The position numbers and the translations under genes are program-made. From Escherichia coli (GTDB lineage Bacteria; Pseudomonadota; Gammaproteobacteria; Enterobacterales; Enterobacteriaceae), in NCBI RefSeq assembly GCF_050920415.1, contig NZ_CP169309.1: a DNA stretch of 64,000 nt; one strand, given 5' to 3'. The notes below the pieces were generated by a model. That model was not told the DNA's origin, made no database searches, and worked only from the letters and a program-made list of their open reading frames with translations. Shown in pieces: positions 9,450 through 22,132 of the stretch. How positions within the stretch are numbered: position 1 is the stretch's first letter; each line of letters opens with the position of its first letter.

Positions 9450-11012
9450 ATGCAAACACAAAAACCGACTCTCGAACTGTTAACCTGCGAAGGTGCTTAT
9501 CGCGATAATCCGACCGCGCTTTTTCATCAGTTGTGTGGGGATCGTCCGGCAACGCTGCTGCTTGAATCCGCAGATATCGACAGCAAAGATGATTTAAAAA
9601 GCCTGCTGCTGGTGGACAGTGCGCTGCGCATTACAGCATTAGGTGACACTGTCACTATTCAGGCACTTTCCGGCAATGGCGAAGCTCTGCTGGCATTACT
9701 GGATAACGCCCTGCCTGCGGGTGTGGAAAATGAACAATCACCAAACTGCCGCGTGCTGCGCTTCCCTCCTGTCAGTCCATTGCTGGATGAAGACGCCCGC
9801 TTATGCTCTCTTTCGGTTTTTGACGCTTTTCGCTTATTGCAGAATCTGTTGAATGTACCGAAGGAAGAACGAGAAGCAATGTTCTTCGGCGGCCTGTTCT
9901 CTTATGACCTTGTGGCGGGGTTTGAAGATTTACCGCAATTGTCAGCGGAAAATAACTGCCCTGATTTCTGTTTTTATCTCGCTGAAACGCTGATGGTTAT
10001 CGATCATCAGAAAAAAAGTACCCGTATTCAGGCCAGTCTTTTTGCTCCCAATGAAGAAGAAAAACAACGTCTCACTGCTCGCCTGAACGAACTTCGCCAG
10101 CAACTGACCGAAACCGCGCCGCCGCTGCCGGTAGTTTCCGTGCCGCATATGCATTGTGAATGTAATCAGAGCGATGAAGAGTTCGGTGGCGTAGTGCGTT
10201 CGTTGCAAAAAGCGATTCGCGCCGGAGAAATTTTCCAGGTCGTACCATCTCGCCGTTTCTCACTGCCCTGCCCGTCATCGCTGGCGGCCTATTACGTGCT
10301 GAAAAAGAGTAATCCCAGCCCGTACATGTTTTTTATGCAGGATAATGATTTCACCCTGTTCGGCGCGTCGCCGGAAAGTTCGCTCAAGTATGACGCCTCC
10401 AGCCGCCAGATTGAGATCTACCCGATTGCCGGAACACGCCCACGAGGACGTCGCGCCGATGGTTCACTGGACAGAGACCTGGACAGCCGCATTGAACTGG
10501 AGATGCGTACCGACCATAAAGAGCTTTCTGAACATCTGATGCTGGTGGATCTCGCCCGTAATGACCTTGCGCGCATTTGCACTCCTGGCAGCCGCTACGT
10601 TGCCGACCTGACCAAAGTTGACCGTTACTCTTACGTGATGCATCTCGTCTCCCGCGTTGTCGGTGAGCTGCGCCACGATCTTGACGCCCTGCACGCTTAC
10701 CGCGCCTGTATGAATATGGGCACGTTAAGCGGTGCCCCGAAAGTGCGCGCCATGCAGTTAATTGCCGAAGCGGAAGGTCGTCGACGCGGCAGCTACGGCG
10801 GTGCGGTAGGTTATTTCACCGCACATGGCGATCTCGACACCTGCATTGTCATCCGTTCGGCGCTGGTGGAAAACGGTATCGCCACCGTGCAAGCCGGTGC
10901 TGGCGTAGTCCTTGATTCTGTTCCGCAGTCGGAAGCCGACGAAACCCGTAATAAAGCCCGCGCTGTACTGCGCGCTATCGCCACCGCGCATCATGCACAG
11001 GAGACTTTCTGA
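9450..11012 (+). CDS. trpE: Anthranilate synthase component I
   Basis: 520 aa; follows trpL and attenuator. Confidence 0.95.
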   Translation: MQTQKPTLELLTCEGAYRDNPTALFHQLCGDRPATLLLESADIDSKDDLKSLLLVDSALRITALGDTVTIQALSGNGEALLALLDNALPAGVENEQSPNCRVLRFPPVSPLLDEDARLCSLSVFDAFRLLQNLLNVPKEEREAMFFGGLFSYDLVAGFEDLPQLSAENNCPDFCFYLAETLMVIDHQKKSTRIQASLFAPNEEEKQRLTARLNELRQQLTETAPPLPVVSVPHMHCECNQSDEEFGGVVRSLQKAIRAGEIFQVVPSRRFSLPCPSSLAAYYVLKKSNPSPYMFFMQDNDFTLFGASPESSLKYDASSRQIEIYPIAGTRPRGRRADGSLDRDLDSRIELEMRTDHKELSEHLMLVDLARNDLARICTPGSRYVADLTKVDRYSYVMHLVSRVVGELRHDLDALHAYRACMNMGTLSGAPKVRAMQLIAEAEGRRRGSYGGAVGYFTAHGDLDTCIVIRSALVENGIATVQAGAGVVLDSVPQSEADETRNKARAVLRAIATAHHAQETF

Positions 11013-12607
11013 TGGCTGACATTCTGCTGCTCGATAATATCGACTCTTTTACTTATAACCTGGCAGATCAGTTGCGCAGCAATGGGCATAACGTGGTGAT
11101 TTACCGCAACCATATTCCGGCGCAAACCTTAATTGAACGTCTTGCGACCATGAGCAATCCGGTGCTGATGCTTTCTCCTGGCCCCGGAGTGCCGAGTGAA
11201 GCGGGTTGTATGCCGGAACTCCTCACCCGTTTGCGTGGCAAGCTGCCAATTATTGGCATTTGCCTCGGACATCAGGCGATTGTCGAAGCTTACGGGGGCT
11301 ATGTCGGTCAGGCGGGAGAAATTCTTCACGGTAAAGCGTCGAGCATTGAACATGACGGTCAGGCGATGTTTGCCGGATTAACAAACCCATTGCCGGTAGC
11401 GCGTTATCACTCGTTGGTTGGCAGTAACATTCCGGCAGGTTTAACCATCAATGCCCATTTTAACGGCATGGTGATGGCGGTGCGTCATGATGCGGATCGC
11501 GTTTGTGGATTCCAGTTCCATCCGGAATCCATTCTCACCACCCAGGGCGCTCGCCTGCTGGAACAAACGCTGGCCTGGGCGCAACAGAAGCTGGAGCCGA
11601 CCAACACACTGCAACCAATTCTGGAAAAACTGTATCAGGCGCAGACGCTTAGCCAACAAGAAAGCCACCAGCTGTTTTCAGCGGTGGTGCGTGGCGAGCT
11701 GAAACCGGAACAACTGGCGGCTGCATTGGTCAGCATGAAAATTCGCGGCGAGCACCCGAACGAAATCGCCGGGGCAGCAACTGCCCTTCTGGAAAATGCT
11801 GCGCCGTTCCCACGCCCTGATTATCTGTTTGCCGATATCGTCGGCACCGGCGGTGACGGCAGCAACAGTATCAATATTTCTACCGCCAGTGCGTTTGTCG
11901 CCGCGGCCTGTGGGCTGAAAGTGGCGAAACACGGTAACCGCAGCGTCTCCAGTAAATCCGGCTCGTCGGATCTGCTGGCGGCATTCGGTATTAATCTTGA
12001 TATGAACGCCGATAAATCGCGCCAGGCGCTGGATGAGTTAGGCGTCTGTTTCCTCTTTGCGCCGAAATATCACACCGGATTTCGCCATGCGATGCCGGTT
12101 CGCCAGCAACTGAAAACCCGCACCCTGTTCAATGTGCTGGGGCCATTGATTAACCCGGCGCATCCTCCGCTGGCGTTAATTGGTGTTTATAGTCCGGAAC
12201 TGGTGCTGCCGATTGCCGAAACCTTGCGCGTGCTGGGGTATCAACGCGCGGCGGTGGTGCACAGCGGCGGGATGGATGAAGTTTCATTACACGCGCCGAC
12301 AATCGTTGCCGAACTGCATGACGGCGAAATTAAGAGCTATCAGTTGACCGCTGAAGATTTTGGCCTGACTCCCTACCATCAGGAGCAACTGGCAGGCGGA
12401 ACACCGGAAGAAAACCGTGACATTTTAACACGCTTGTTACAAGGTAAAGGCGACGCCGCCCATGAAGCAGCTGTCGCGGCGAATGTCGCCATGTTAATGC
12501 GCCTGCATGGCCAGGAAGATCTGCAAACCAATGCGCAAACCGTTCTTGAGGTACTGCGCAGTGGTTCCGCTTACGACAGAGTCACCGCACTGGCGGCACG
12601 AGGGTAA
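11012..12607 (+). CDS. trpD: Bifunctional anthranilate synthase component II / anthranilate phosphoribosyltransferase
   Basis: 531 aa; TGATG overlap with trpE stop. Confidence 0.95.
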   Translation: MADILLLDNIDSFTYNLADQLRSNGHNVVIYRNHIPAQTLIERLATMSNPVLMLSPGPGVPSEAGCMPELLTRLRGKLPIIGICLGHQAIVEAYGGYVGQAGEILHGKASSIEHDGQAMFAGLTNPLPVARYHSLVGSNIPAGLTINAHFNGMVMAVRHDADRVCGFQFHPESILTTQGARLLEQTLAWAQQKLEPTNTLQPILEKLYQAQTLSQQESHQLFSAVVRGELKPEQLAAALVSMKIRGEHPNEIAGAATALLENAAPFPRPDYLFADIVGTGGDGSNSINISTASAFVAAACGLKVAKHGNRSVSSKSGSSDLLAAFGINLDMNADKSRQALDELGVCFLFAPKYHTGFRHAMPVRQQLKTRTLFNVLGPLINPAHPPLALIGVYSPELVLPIAETLRVLGYQRAAVVHSGGMDEVSLHAPTIVAELHDGEIKSYQLTAEDFGLTPYHQEQLAGGTPEENRDILTRLLQGKGDAAHEAAVAANVAMLMRLHGQEDLQTNAQTVLEVLRSGSAYDRVTALAARG

Positions 12608-13969
12608 ATGATGCAAACCGTTTTAGCGAAAATCGTCGCAGACAAGGCGATTTGGGTAGAAGCCCGCAAACAGCAGCAACCGCTGGCCAGTTTTCAGAAT
12701 GAGGTTCAGCCGAGCACGCGACATTTTTATGATGCACTGCAAGGCGCACGCACGGCGTTTATTCTGGAATGCAAAAAAGCGTCGCCGTCAAAAGGCGTGA
12801 TCCGTGATGATTTCGATCCGGCACGCATTGCCGCCATTTATAAACATTACGCTTCGGCAATTTCGGTGCTGACTGATGAGAAATATTTTCAGGGGAGCTT
12901 TGATTTCCTCCCCATCGTCAGCCAAATCGCCCCGCAGCCGATTTTGTGTAAAGACTTTATTATCGACCCTTACCAGATCTATCTGGCGCGCTATTACCAG
13001 GCCGATGCCTGTTTATTAATGCTGTCGGTGCTGGACGACGATCAGTATCGCCAGCTCGCTGCTGTAGCCCACAGTCTGGAGATGGGCGTGCTGACCGAAG
13101 TCAGTAATGAAGAGGAGCTGGAGCGCGCCATTGCATTGGGAGCAAAAGTCGTTGGTATCAACAACCGTGATCTGCGTGATTTGTCGATTGATCTTAACCG
13201 TACCCGCGAGCTTGCGCCGAAACTGGGGCACAACGTGACGGTGATCAGCGAATCCGGCATTAATACTTACGGCCAGGTGCGTGAGTTAAGCCACTTCGCT
13301 AACGGCTTTTTAATTGGTTCGGCGTTGATGGCCCATGACGATTTGAACGCCGCCGTGCGCCGGGTGTTGCTGGGTGAGAATAAAGTATGTGGTCTGACGC
13401 GTGGGGAAGATGCTAAAGCAGCCTATGACGCGGGTGCGATTTACGGTGGATTGATATTTGTTACAACGTCACCGCGTTGCGTCAGCATTGAAGAGGCGCA
13501 GGAAGTGATGGCTGCGGCACCGTTGCAATACGTTGGCGTGTTCCGCAATCACGATATTGCCGATGTGGTGGACAAAGCTAAGGTGTTATCGCTGGCGGCA
13601 GTGCAACTGCATGGTAATGAAGATCAGCTGTATATCGATACGCTGCGTGAGGCTCTGCCAGCAAACGTCGCCATCTGGAAGGCTTTAAGTGTCGGTGAAA
13701 CTCTTCCCGCGCGCGATTTTCAGCACATCGATAAATATGTATTCGACAATGGTCAGGGCGGGAGCGGACAACGTTTCGACTGGTCACTGTTAAACGGTCA
13801 ATCTCTTGGCAACGTTCTGCTGGCGGGTGGCTTAGGCGCAGATAACTGCGTGGAAGCGGCACAAACCGGCTGCGCCGGGCTTGATTTTAATTCTGCTGTA
13901 GAGTCGCAACCGGGCATCAAAGACGCACGTCTTTTGGCCTCGGTTTTCCAGACGCTGCGCGCATATTAA
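12608..13969 (+). CDS. trpC: Bifunctional indole-3-glycerol-phosphate synthase / phosphoribosylanthranilate isomerase
   Basis: 453 aa; start immediately after trpD stop. Confidence 0.95.
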   Translation: MMQTVLAKIVADKAIWVEARKQQQPLASFQNEVQPSTRHFYDALQGARTAFILECKKASPSKGVIRDDFDPARIAAIYKHYASAISVLTDEKYFQGSFDFLPIVSQIAPQPILCKDFIIDPYQIYLARYYQADACLLMLSVLDDDQYRQLAAVAHSLEMGVLTEVSNEEELERAIALGAKVVGINNRDLRDLSIDLNRTRELAPKLGHNVTVISESGINTYGQVRELSHFANGFLIGSALMAHDDLNAAVRRVLLGENKVCGLTRGEDAKAAYDAGAIYGGLIFVTTSPRCVSIEEAQEVMAAAPLQYVGVFRNHDIADVVDKAKVLSLAAVQLHGNEDQLYIDTLREALPANVAIWKALSVGETLPARDFQHIDKYVFDNGQGGSGQRFDWSLLNGQSLGNVLLAGGLGADNCVEAAQTGCAGLDFNSAVESQPGIKDARLLASVFQTLRAY

Positions 13970-13980
13970 GGAAAGGAACA

Positions 13981-15174
13981 ATGACAACATTACTTAACCC
14001 GTATTTTGGTGAGTTTGGCGGCATGTACGTGCCACAAATCCTGATGCCTGCTCTGCGCCAGCTGGAAGAAGCTTTTGTCAGCGCGCAAAAAGATCCTGAA
14101 TTTCAGGCCCAGTTCAACGACCTGCTGAAAAACTATGCCGGGCGCCCAACCGCGCTGACCAAATGTCAGAACATTACAGCCGGGACGAACACCACACTGT
14201 ATCTGAAGCGTGAAGATTTACTGCACGGCGGCGCGCATAAAACTAACCAGGTTCTGGGCCAGGCTTTGCTGGCGAAGCGGATGGGTAAAACCGAAATCAT
14301 TGCCGAAACCGGTGCAGGTCAGCATGGCGTGGCTTCTGCGCTTGCAAGCGCCCTGCTCGGCCTGAAATGCCGTATTTATATGGGTGCCAAAGACGTTGAA
14401 CGCCAGTCGCCTAACGTTTTTCGTATGCGTTTGATGGGTGCGGAAGTGATCCCGGTGCATAGCGGTTCCGCGACGCTGAAAGATGCCTGTAATGAGGCGC
14501 TACGCGACTGGTCCGGCAGTTATGAAACCGCGCACTATATGCTGGGCACTGCAGCTGGCCCGCATCCTTACCCGACCATTGTGCGTGAGTTTCAGCGGAT
14601 GATTGGCGAAGAAACGAAAGCGCAGATTCTGGAAAGAGAAGGTCGTCTGCCGGATGCCGTTATTGCTTGTGTTGGCGGCGGTTCGAATGCCATCGGCATG
14701 TTTGCTGATTTCATCAACGAAACCGACGTCGGGCTGATCGGCGTGGAGCCTGGTGGTCACGGTATCGAAACTGGCGAGCACGGCGCACCGTTAAAACATG
14801 GTCGCGTGGGCATCTATTTCGGTATGAAAGCGCCAATGATGCAAACCGAAGACGGGCAGATTGAAGAATCTTACTCGATTTCTGCCGGACTGGATTTCCC
14901 GTCAGTCGGCCCGCAACACGCTTATCTCAACAGCATTGGACGCGCTGATTATGTGTCAATCACCGATGATGAAGCTCTGGAGGCCTTCAAAACGCTGTGC
15001 CTGCACGAAGGGATTATCCCGGCGCTGGAATCCTCACATGCGCTGGCCCATGCGCTGAAAATGATGCGCGAAAACCCGGAAAAAGAGCAGCTACTGGTGG
15101 TTAACCTTTCCGGTCGCGGCGATAAAGACATCTTCACCGTTCACGATATTTTGAAAGCACGAGGGGAAATCTGA
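13981..15174 (+). CDS. trpB: Tryptophan synthase beta chain
   Basis: 397 aa; PLP-binding motif region HGGAHKTN. Confidence 0.95.
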   Translation: MTTLLNPYFGEFGGMYVPQILMPALRQLEEAFVSAQKDPEFQAQFNDLLKNYAGRPTALTKCQNITAGTNTTLYLKREDLLHGGAHKTNQVLGQALLAKRMGKTEIIAETGAGQHGVASALASALLGLKCRIYMGAKDVERQSPNVFRMRLMGAEVIPVHSGSATLKDACNEALRDWSGSYETAHYMLGTAAGPHPYPTIVREFQRMIGEETKAQILEREGRLPDAVIACVGGGSNAIGMFADFINETDVGLIGVEPGGHGIETGEHGAPLKHGRVGIYFGMKAPMMQTEDGQIEESYSISAGLDFPSVGPQHAYLNSIGRADYVSITDDEALEAFKTLCLHEGIIPALESSHALAHALKMMRENPEKEQLLVVNLSGRGDKDIFTVHDILKARGEI

Positions 15175-15980
15175 TGGAACGCTACGAATCTCTGTTTGCC
15201 CAACTGAAGGAGCGCAAAGAAGGCGCATTCGTTCCTTTCGTCACCCTCGGTGATCCGGGCATTGAGCAGTCGCTGAAAATTATCGATACGTTAATTGAAG
15301 CCGGTGCTGACGCGCTGGAGTTAGGTATCCCCTTCTCCGACCCACTGGCAGATGGCCCGACGATTCAAAACGCCACACTGCGTGCCTTTGCGGCAGGTGT
15401 GACCCCGGCGCACTGCTTTGAGATGCTGGCACTCATTCGCCAGAAGTACCCGACCATTCCGATCGGCCTTTTGATGTATGCCAACCTGGTGTTTAACAAA
15501 GGCATTGATGAGTTTTATGCCGAGTGCGAGAAAGTCGGCGTCGATTCGGTGCTGGTTGCCGATGTGCCCGTGGAAGAGTCTGCGCCCTTCCGCCAGGCCG
15601 CGTTGCGCCATAACGTCGCACCTATCTTCATCTGCCCGCCGAATGCTGATGATGATTTACTGCGCCAGATTGCCTCTTACGGTCGTGGTTACACCTATTT
15701 ATTGTCGCGTGCGGGTGTGACCGGAGCTGAAAACCGTGCCGCGTTACCTCTCAATCATCTGGTTGCGAAGCTGAAAGAGTACAACGCTGCGCCTCCATTG
15801 CAAGGATTTGGTATTTCCGCCCCGGATCAGGTAAAAGCAGCGATTGATGCAGGAGCGGCGGGCGCGATTTCTGGTTCGGCAATTGTTAAAATCATCGAGC
15901 AACATATTAATGAGCCAGAGAAAATGCTGGCGGTACTGAAAGCTTTTGTACAACCGATGAAAGCAGCGACGCGCAGTTAA
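15174..15980 (+). CDS. trpA: Tryptophan synthase alpha chain
   Basis: 268 aa; TGATG overlap with trpB stop. Confidence 0.95.
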   Translation: MERYESLFAQLKERKEGAFVPFVTLGDPGIEQSLKIIDTLIEAGADALELGIPFSDPLADGPTIQNATLRAFAAGVTPAHCFEMLALIRQKYPTIPIGLLMYANLVFNKGIDEFYAECEKVGVDSVLVADVPVEESAPFRQAALRHNVAPIFICPPNADDDLLRQIASYGRGYTYLLSRAGVTGAENRAALPLNHLVAKLKEYNAAPPLQGFGISAPDQVKAAIDAGAAGAISGSAIVKIIEQHINEPEKMLAVLKAFVQPMKAATRS

Positions 15981-15985
15981 TCCCA

Positions 15986-16015
15986 CAGCCGCCAGTTCCG
16001 CTGGCGGCATTTTAA
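15986..16015 (+). terminator. trp operon terminator (trp t)
   Basis: gccgccag-ttccg-ctggcggc hairpin followed by attttaa. Confidence 0.7.
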
Positions 16016-16360
16016 CTATCTTTAATGAAGCAGGAAAAATCCTAAATTCATTTATTATTTATCTTTTTACCGTTTCGCTTACCCCTGACGTACGTTAACT
16101 TACGTCATTTTTCCGCCCAAAAGTAATATAATCAAACAAATTAATCCCGCAACAAAACACTACTAAAATCAATAATTTTCTCTAACCCACTTATTTCTTG
16201 GGTATTTATGAATATATCGAAACTCTTTTTCAAAATATATTTTTCACATTCCTTCTCACTTTGCTCAATTTGACTAATTCTCATTACCGACTAATTTTAA
16301 TGAGTGTCGACACACAACACTCATATTAATGAAACAATGCAACGCAACGGGAGAAATAAC

Positions 16361-16540
16361 ATGGCCGAACATCGTGGTGGTTCAGGAAATTTCGCCGAAG
16401 ATCGTGAGAAGGCATCCGACGCAGGCCGTAAAGGCGGTCAACACAGCGGCGGTAATTTTAAAAATGATCCGCAACGCGCATCCGAAGCGGGTAAAAAAGG
16501 CGGTCAGCACAGCGGTGGAAATAAATCAGGAAAATCCTGA
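16361..16540 (+). CDS. yciG: Stress-induced KGG-repeat protein YciG (59 aa)
   Basis: Start MAEHRGGSGN with GGGAG Shine-Dalgarno; two GGQHSGGN repeats; track ORF extends upstream to 16304. Confidence 0.75.
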   Translation: MAEHRGGSGNFAEDREKASDAGRKGGQHSGGNFKNDPQRASEAGKKGGQHSGGNKSGKS

Positions 16541-16632
16541 TCCGCCGTTAATTATTAATATCAGCTGACGTTGATAAAGATAATTGCCTCTGCGGGCCGT
16601 ATGGCTCGCAGTGATTTCACTGGAGTAAAAAT

Positions 16633-17133
16633 ATGAATATGAAGTCCATTGAAGATGTATTTATTCACCTGCTTTCAGACACCTACAGTGCAGAAAAACA
16701 ATTAACACGGGCACTGGCAAAACTCGCCAGAGCAACATCAAACGAAAAATTAAGTCAGGCTTTTCATGCGCACCTCGAGGAAACTCATGGACAGATTGAA
16801 CGTATTGATCAAGTTGTGGAATCTGAACCGAATCTGAAAATTAAGCGCATGAAATGTGTGGCAATGGAAGGTCTCATTGAAGAAGCTAATGAGGTCATCG
16901 AAAGCACCGAGAAAAACGAAGTGCGTGATGCCGCACTGATTGCCGCGGCACAGAAAGTCGAGCACTATGAGATCGCCAGTTACGGGACCTTAGCGACGCT
17001 GGCTGAACAATTAGGTTATCGTAAAGCAGCGAAGCTTCTGAAAGAAACCCTGGAAGAAGAAAAGGCCACCGACATCAAATTGACTGATCTGGCCCTTAAT
17101 AACGTAAATAAGAAAGCAGAAAATAAAGCCTGA
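16633..17133 (+). CDS. yciF: Ferritin-like DUF892 protein YciF
   Basis: 166 aa recognised as YciF. Confidence 0.85.
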   Translation: MNMKSIEDVFIHLLSDTYSAEKQLTRALAKLARATSNEKLSQAFHAHLEETHGQIERIDQVVESEPNLKIKRMKCVAMEGLIEEANEVIESTEKNEVRDAALIAAAQKVEHYEIASYGTLATLAEQLGYRKAAKLLKETLEEEKATDIKLTDLALNNVNKKAENKA

Positions 17134-17178
17134 AATATGAACTTTAACTTTTAGTCATTTTATAAAGAGGACATTTTC

Positions 17179-17685
17179 ATGAATCGTATTGAACATTATC
17201 ATGACTGGTTACGTGACGCCCACGCAATGGAAAAGCAAGCAGAATCTATGCTTGAATCCATGGCCAGCCGCATAGATAATTATCCTGAGCTACGCGCTCG
17301 TATTGAACAACATGTTAGTGAAACCAAAAACCAGATTGTACAACTGGAAACTATTCTTGATCGTAATGACATTTCACGCTCAGTCATTAAAGATTCTATG
17401 AGTAAAATGGCTGCACTTGGGCAGTCAATCGGTGGTATATTCCCTTCTGATGAAATAGTCAAAGGCTCTATTAGCGGATATGTCTTCGAGCAATTTGAAA
17501 TCGCCTGTTACACCTCACTATTAGCAGCAGCAAAAAATGCCGGTGATACAGCTTCAATTCCAACCATCGAAGCGATTTTAAATGAGGAAAAAGAAATGGC
17601 CGAGTGGCTGATTCAGCATATTCCGCAAACAACTGAGAAATTTTTAATACGCTCTGAAACTGATGGCGTAGAAGCGAAGAAATAA
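17179..17685 (+). CDS. yciE: Ferritin-like protein YciE
   Basis: 168 aa, paralogous architecture to YciF. Confidence 0.85.
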   Translation: MNRIEHYHDWLRDAHAMEKQAESMLESMASRIDNYPELRARIEQHVSETKNQIVQLETILDRNDISRSVIKDSMSKMAALGQSIGGIFPSDEIVKGSISGYVFEQFEIACYTSLLAAAKNAGDTASIPTIEAILNEEKEMAEWLIQHIPQTTEKFLIRSETDGVEAKK

Positions 17686-17744
17686 TACCCTTTATACCAT
17701 GTCCTTATTGACCCCGTATATTACGGGGTCGTTTTTATGCGGAA

Positions 17745-18383
17745 TTAAAAACGATATCCTGCTGAGAACATAAACACCCACGGATCGAGGCGTACGCTAT
17801 CGTGTTGCTGTGCACCGCCCAGTTTATAATTGGCGGTGGTGTCAATATCCATGTACCACACTGACATATTCACCAACCAGTCACGGTTAATCAGATAATC
17901 AACCCCCACCTGCCCGGCAGCTCCCCAGGAATCTTTCAGACTGAGATCGGAAAGCCCCGCCTCTTTGCCATGATCGTTAAATCCATTATCAAAGAAGGTG
18001 GTGTAGTTAATACCTGCCCCAACGTAAGGACGGAATTTGCTGCTGGCATCACCAAAATACCACTGCGCCATCAGTGTTGGCGGCAGATGATGAACGGTTG
18101 CAATATCACCGGTCGCCCGGGTACCGATTTTATGGCGGAACGGCGTAGCTGCCAGTAATTCCACACCAATATTGTCGGTCGCCATATAAGTAAACGTCAG
18201 GCCCAGTTGAGTGTTATTGGTTACGCTAAATCCACCCAGACTTCCTAATGTACCACCAGCACCTTCTGTTGGACGTACAGTTGCAGAACCTGCACGCATA
18301 AAAAATTCGCCTGCTTCATGCGCAAAGGCACTGCCAGAGAGAAGAGTTGTTACTGCCAAAGCCGCCACTGTTAACTTTTTCAT
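17745..18383 (-). CDS. ompW: Outer membrane protein W (212 aa from MKKLTVAALAV)
   Basis: Signal peptide MKKLTVAALAVTTLLSGSAFA; C-terminal aromatic residue typical of beta-barrel OMPs. Confidence 0.9.
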   Translation of the reverse strand: MKKLTVAALAVTTLLSGSAFAHEAGEFFMRAGSATVRPTEGAGGTLGSLGGFSVTNNTQLGLTFTYMATDNIGVELLAATPFRHKIGTRATGDIATVHHLPPTLMAQWYFGDASSKFRPYVGAGINYTTFFDNGFNDHGKEAGLSDLSLKDSWGAAGQVGVDYLINRDWLVNMSVWYMDIDTTANYKLGGAQQHDSVRLDPWVFMFSAGYRF

Positions 18384-18737
18384 ATCCGCTCCGTCGTTAT
18401 GGTTATAAAAACGTGACGAATATACCCACATTGGAGTAACAAATGATCCTACACAGATCACATTATATATGATAATTCACCCTTTATTGATCTGGATTAA
18501 TTTAGAAGTTGCACTGTGAATCCTGGTTAATGTGATTTAAATCAATTCCTATATATTTCACTACGCAAACATTAACTCGCTCGCCACTTGCTGCGGTTTG
18601 CCCATAGCTTAGACCCGCAATTACCTCCGCTTTACAAAGATATGCTTTTCCATACAAGACCTGATGCTGCCACCCGAGGCTTAACCAGGGTACAATTGCC
18701 CGCTAATTAACACCTGCATAAAACTCAAGGAGAGTGC

Positions 18738-19481
18738 ATGTCTATCACGGCGCAGTCCGTATACCGTGACACCGGAAATTTCTTCCGTAATCAATTTATG
18801 ACCATTCTGTTGGTATCGTTGCTATGTGCGTTTATCACAGTGGTGTTAGGGCATGTTTTCTCACCCAGTGATGCACAGCTTGCACAGCTCAATGACGGCG
18901 TGCCCGTTAGCGGCAGTAGTGGGTTGTTCGACCTGGTTCAGAATATGTCACCTGAACAGCAACAAATTTTGCTGCAGGCTTCAGCGGCGTCCACTTTTTC
19001 AGGATTAATCGGTAACGCCATTCTCGCCGGAGGCGTAATATTAATTATCCAACTGGTGTCTGCGGGTCAGAGAGTCAGTGCGCTTCGAGCTATTGGTGCC
19101 AGTGCGCCGATATTGCCAAAGTTATTTATTCTGATTTTTCTGACTACCCTTTTAGTACAGATTGGCATCATGCTGGTGGTCGTTCCGGGAATTATCATGG
19201 CCATTTTACTGGCTCTGGCACCGGTGATGTTGGTACAGGACAAAATGGGCATTTTTGCCTCGATGCGTAGCAGTATGCGGCTGACATGGGCGAATATGCG
19301 TCTGGTGGCACCCGCAGTACTGAGCTGGTTGCTGGCAAAAACACTATTGCTACTTTTTGCCTCTTCTTTTGCCGCATTAACCCCGGAAATTGGTGCCGTA
19401 CTGGCGAACACTTTGAGCAACATGATTTCAGCCGTACTGCTCATCTATCTGTTCCGCCTGTATATGTTGATTCGCCAATAA
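18738..19481 (+). CDS. yciC: UPF0259 inner membrane protein YciC
   Basis: 247 aa with multiple hydrophobic helices. Confidence 0.85.
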   Translation: MSITAQSVYRDTGNFFRNQFMTILLVSLLCAFITVVLGHVFSPSDAQLAQLNDGVPVSGSSGLFDLVQNMSPEQQQILLQASAASTFSGLIGNAILAGGVILIIQLVSAGQRVSALRAIGASAPILPKLFILIFLTTLLVQIGIMLVVVPGIIMAILLALAPVMLVQDKMGIFASMRSSMRLTWANMRLVAPAVLSWLLAKTLLLLFASSFAALTPEIGAVLANTLSNMISAVLLIYLFRLYMLIRQ

Positions 19482-19510
19482 CCTTAAGCATTTGATTACG
19501 GAATCGTAAA

Positions 19511-20050
19511 ATGAAGCAGTTTCTTGATTTTTTACCGCTGGTTGTCTTTTTCGCGTTTTACAAGATTTATGACATCTATGCGGCTACTGCGGCGCTGATC
19601 GTCGCCACGGCGATTGTGCTTATATATAGCTGGGTTCGCTTTCGTAAGGTTGAGAAGATGGCCCTGATCACTTTTGTTCTGGTGGTCGTCTTCGGTGGCT
19701 TGACGCTGTTCTTCCACAATGATGAGTTTATTAAATGGAAGGTTACTGTCATTTATGCCCTGTTTGCAGGTGCCCTGTTAGTCAGCCAATGGGTGATGAA
19801 AAAGCCGCTAATTCAGCGGATGCTGGGTAAAGAACTCACGCTGCCGCAACCGGTATGGTCGAAGCTGAATCTGGCCTGGGCTGTTTTCTTTATCCTTTGC
19901 GGTCTGGCAAACATCTACATCGCATTCTGGCTGCCGCAAAATATTTGGGTCAACTTTAAAGTGTTTGGCCTGACCGCTCTTACCTTAATCTTCACATTGT
20001 TAAGCGGTATCTATATCTACCGCCACATGCCGCAGGAAGATAAATCCTAA
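19511..20050 (+). CDS. yciB: Inner-membrane septation-associated protein YciB
   Basis: 179 aa hydrophobic protein recognised as YciB/IspZ. Confidence 0.85.
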   Translation: MKQFLDFLPLVVFFAFYKIYDIYAATAALIVATAIVLIYSWVRFRKVEKMALITFVLVVVFGGLTLFFHNDEFIKWKVTVIYALFAGALLVSQWVMKKPLIQRMLGKELTLPQPVWSKLNLAWAVFFILCGLANIYIAFWLPQNIWVNFKVFGLTALTLIFTLLSGIYIYRHMPQEDKS

Positions 20051-20154
20051 CCAGACTGCCAGTCCTTCGGGGCTGGCACTGTATCTCCTCTGTTCTCCTC
20101 AGGAAAATCATAGTAGCATCGCGCCTGTGATTTTCCTTTTAAGTCGGTTTTACC

Positions 20155-20553
20155 ATGTCTACAACACATAACGTCCCTCAGGGCGATCTTGTTTTACGTA
20201 CTTTAGCCATGCCCGCCGATACCAATGCCAATGGTGACATCTTTGGTGGTTGGTTAATGTCACAAATGGATATTGGCGGCGCTATTCTGGCGAAAGAAAT
20301 TGCGCACGGTCGCGTAGTGACCGTGCGGGTTGAAGGAATGACTTTCTTACGACCGGTTGCGGTCGGCGATGTGGTGTGCTGCTATGCACGCTGTGTCCAG
20401 AAAGGGACGACATCGGTCAGCATTAATATTGAAGTGTGGGTGAAAAAAGTCGCGTCTGAACCCATCGGGCAACGCTATAAAGCGACAGAAGCATTATTTA
20501 AGTATGTCGCGGTTGATCCTGAAGGAAAACCTCGCGCCTTACCTGTTGAGTAA
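20155..20553 (+). CDS. yciA: Acyl-CoA thioesterase YciA
   Basis: 132 aa hot-dog fold thioesterase. Confidence 0.88.
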   Translation: MSTTHNVPQGDLVLRTLAMPADTNANGDIFGGWLMSQMDIGGAILAKEIAHGRVVTVRVEGMTFLRPVAVGDVVCCYARCVQKGTTSVSINIEVWVKKVASEPIGQRYKATEALFKYVAVDPEGKPRALPVE

Positions 20554-20592
20554 TAGTCAAAAGCCTCCGGTCGGAGGCTTTTGACTTTCTGC

Positions 20593-21312
20593 TTACTGAA
20601 TTTCGGTGGTGCCGTTAATTTTAAACAGGATATTCACCACAATCCCACTGCCTGGCTTACCCGGCTCATAACGCCATCTGCGCATCGCATTTTTCACCTC
20701 ACGCTCAAACATGTTCGCAGGCTTGGCTGAGAGGATTTGCACGTTATCCACGCGACCATCCGGCGTGACATCAAATTTAACTTTAACCTGCCCTTCAATG
20801 CGCAATGCCTGTGCTCGTGCCGGATACTGCGGCTGATTGCGACTTAATGCGCGTGGTCCTGAAGCCACACTTGTAACCGGCTTGCTGGTTGCAGCCGTCG
20901 CCGTACTTGATGTCGGGCGCGCGGGTGCCGTATTTTCAAACGGTGATGCCGGACGCGACTCTACGGGTTTGACATCGCGTTTTGGCTGCTCCTGTACCTT
21001 TTTCACCGGCTTCGGTTTTGGCTTAGGTTTCGGCTTAGGCTTTTCAATGACCACCGGTGCTTCTTTTGGCGGTTCAGGGATCGGCTCAGGTTCCGGTTCT
21101 GGCTCTACCACCGGCTCCGGTGGCGGCTGAACGGCTTGTGGCGGTTCGAGATCCGCAGGCGCAACCATCGTGACAGAAATTGGCTGCGCAGGCGCAGGTA
21201 GTTCAATAACCTGATGTACCGAGGTATAGAGCAGACCCGCCACAACAGCACCATGAATGCAGACCGAAAGTAACGTCGGCCAGGGGAAGCGGCGAGGTAA
21301 ATCAAGGGTCAT
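20593..21312 (-). CDS. tonB: TonB energy transducer (239 aa from [12 protein letters not shown])
   Basis: Pro-rich (EP)n/(KP)n spacer and C-terminal domain; internal start gives the known length. Confidence 0.92.
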   Translation of the reverse strand: MTLDLPRRFPWPTLLSVCIHGAVVAGLLYTSVHQVIELPAPAQPISVTMVAPADLEPPQAVQPPPEPVVEPEPEPEPIPEPPKEAPVVIEKPKPKPKPKPKPVKKVQEQPKRDVKPVESRPASPFENTAPARPTSSTATAATSKPVTSVASGPRALSRNQPQYPARAQALRIEGQVKVKFDVTPDGRVDNVQILSAKPANMFEREVKNAMRRWRYEPGKPGSGIVVNILFKINGTTEIQ

Positions 21313-21535
21313 TGAAGTCATAATCATTTCAGCAGAAAAACCAGGCCTCGATTTTAAATGCAAATAGCAATCATATTCAATAAGGCAAGACGATCAGGAT
21401 CAGTGAAAATGTCATTTTTGGCGTAATTGACCTTACTTTATGCATGGTCTTAACAAAGACATCATCTTTCCGTTGCAGATCTTCGCCCTTTCAAATAACG
21501 TACTTTACAACTTTCCCGAACAAGGAGTTGTGCCC

Positions 21536-21832
21536 GTGTTGTATGTTATTTACGCTCAAGACAAAGCTGATAGCCTCGAAAAACGCCTTTCCGTTCGTCC
21601 GGCACATTTAGCACGTTTACAGTTACTGCATGATGAAGGTCGATTGTTGACCGCCGGTCCAATGCCAGCAGTAGACAGTAACGATCCAGGGGCTGCGGGA
21701 TTTACTGGCTCAACCGTTATTGCTGAATTTGAATCGCTGGAAGCAGCTCAGGCCTGGGCCGATGCTGACCCGTACGTGGCGGCAGGAGTCTATGAACACG
21801 TTTCAGTGAAACCATTTAAGAAAGTGTTCTGA
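21536..21832 (+). CDS. yciI: YciI-like protein (98 aa, GTG start)
   Basis: GTG preceded by AGGAG; gives the known 98-aa length; track ORF begins further upstream at 21440. Confidence 0.75.
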
Positions 21833-22132
21833 ATAGAGATTCAATATTTAAGGGCACGGTTTTAGCAACCGTGTTCTAGTTTGGCCTTTCCTTATAGGTC
21901 TGTCAGTGCATTCACCCCCACAAGCAGATAATAACTTTATCTGTATTTCTTTATATGATGTGAGCATATTCAGGAAAAATGCCCTTTCCTGACGCAGAGT
22001 TGCTCACTCAAAACCTTTGATTACTTCAGATAAAGTCATCTACTATTGTTTAACACATTCACGTGCTGCATGTATGTTCAGAAAATGTGCACGTTGAGAT
22101 AATTAAACAAAATTGTGGTTACAGAGGTATCA

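Noticed and set aside
16304-16360. Upstream in-frame extension of yciG (78-aa form)
   Set aside because: The downstream ATG at 16361 has a good Shine-Dalgarno and gives the known 59-aa protein.
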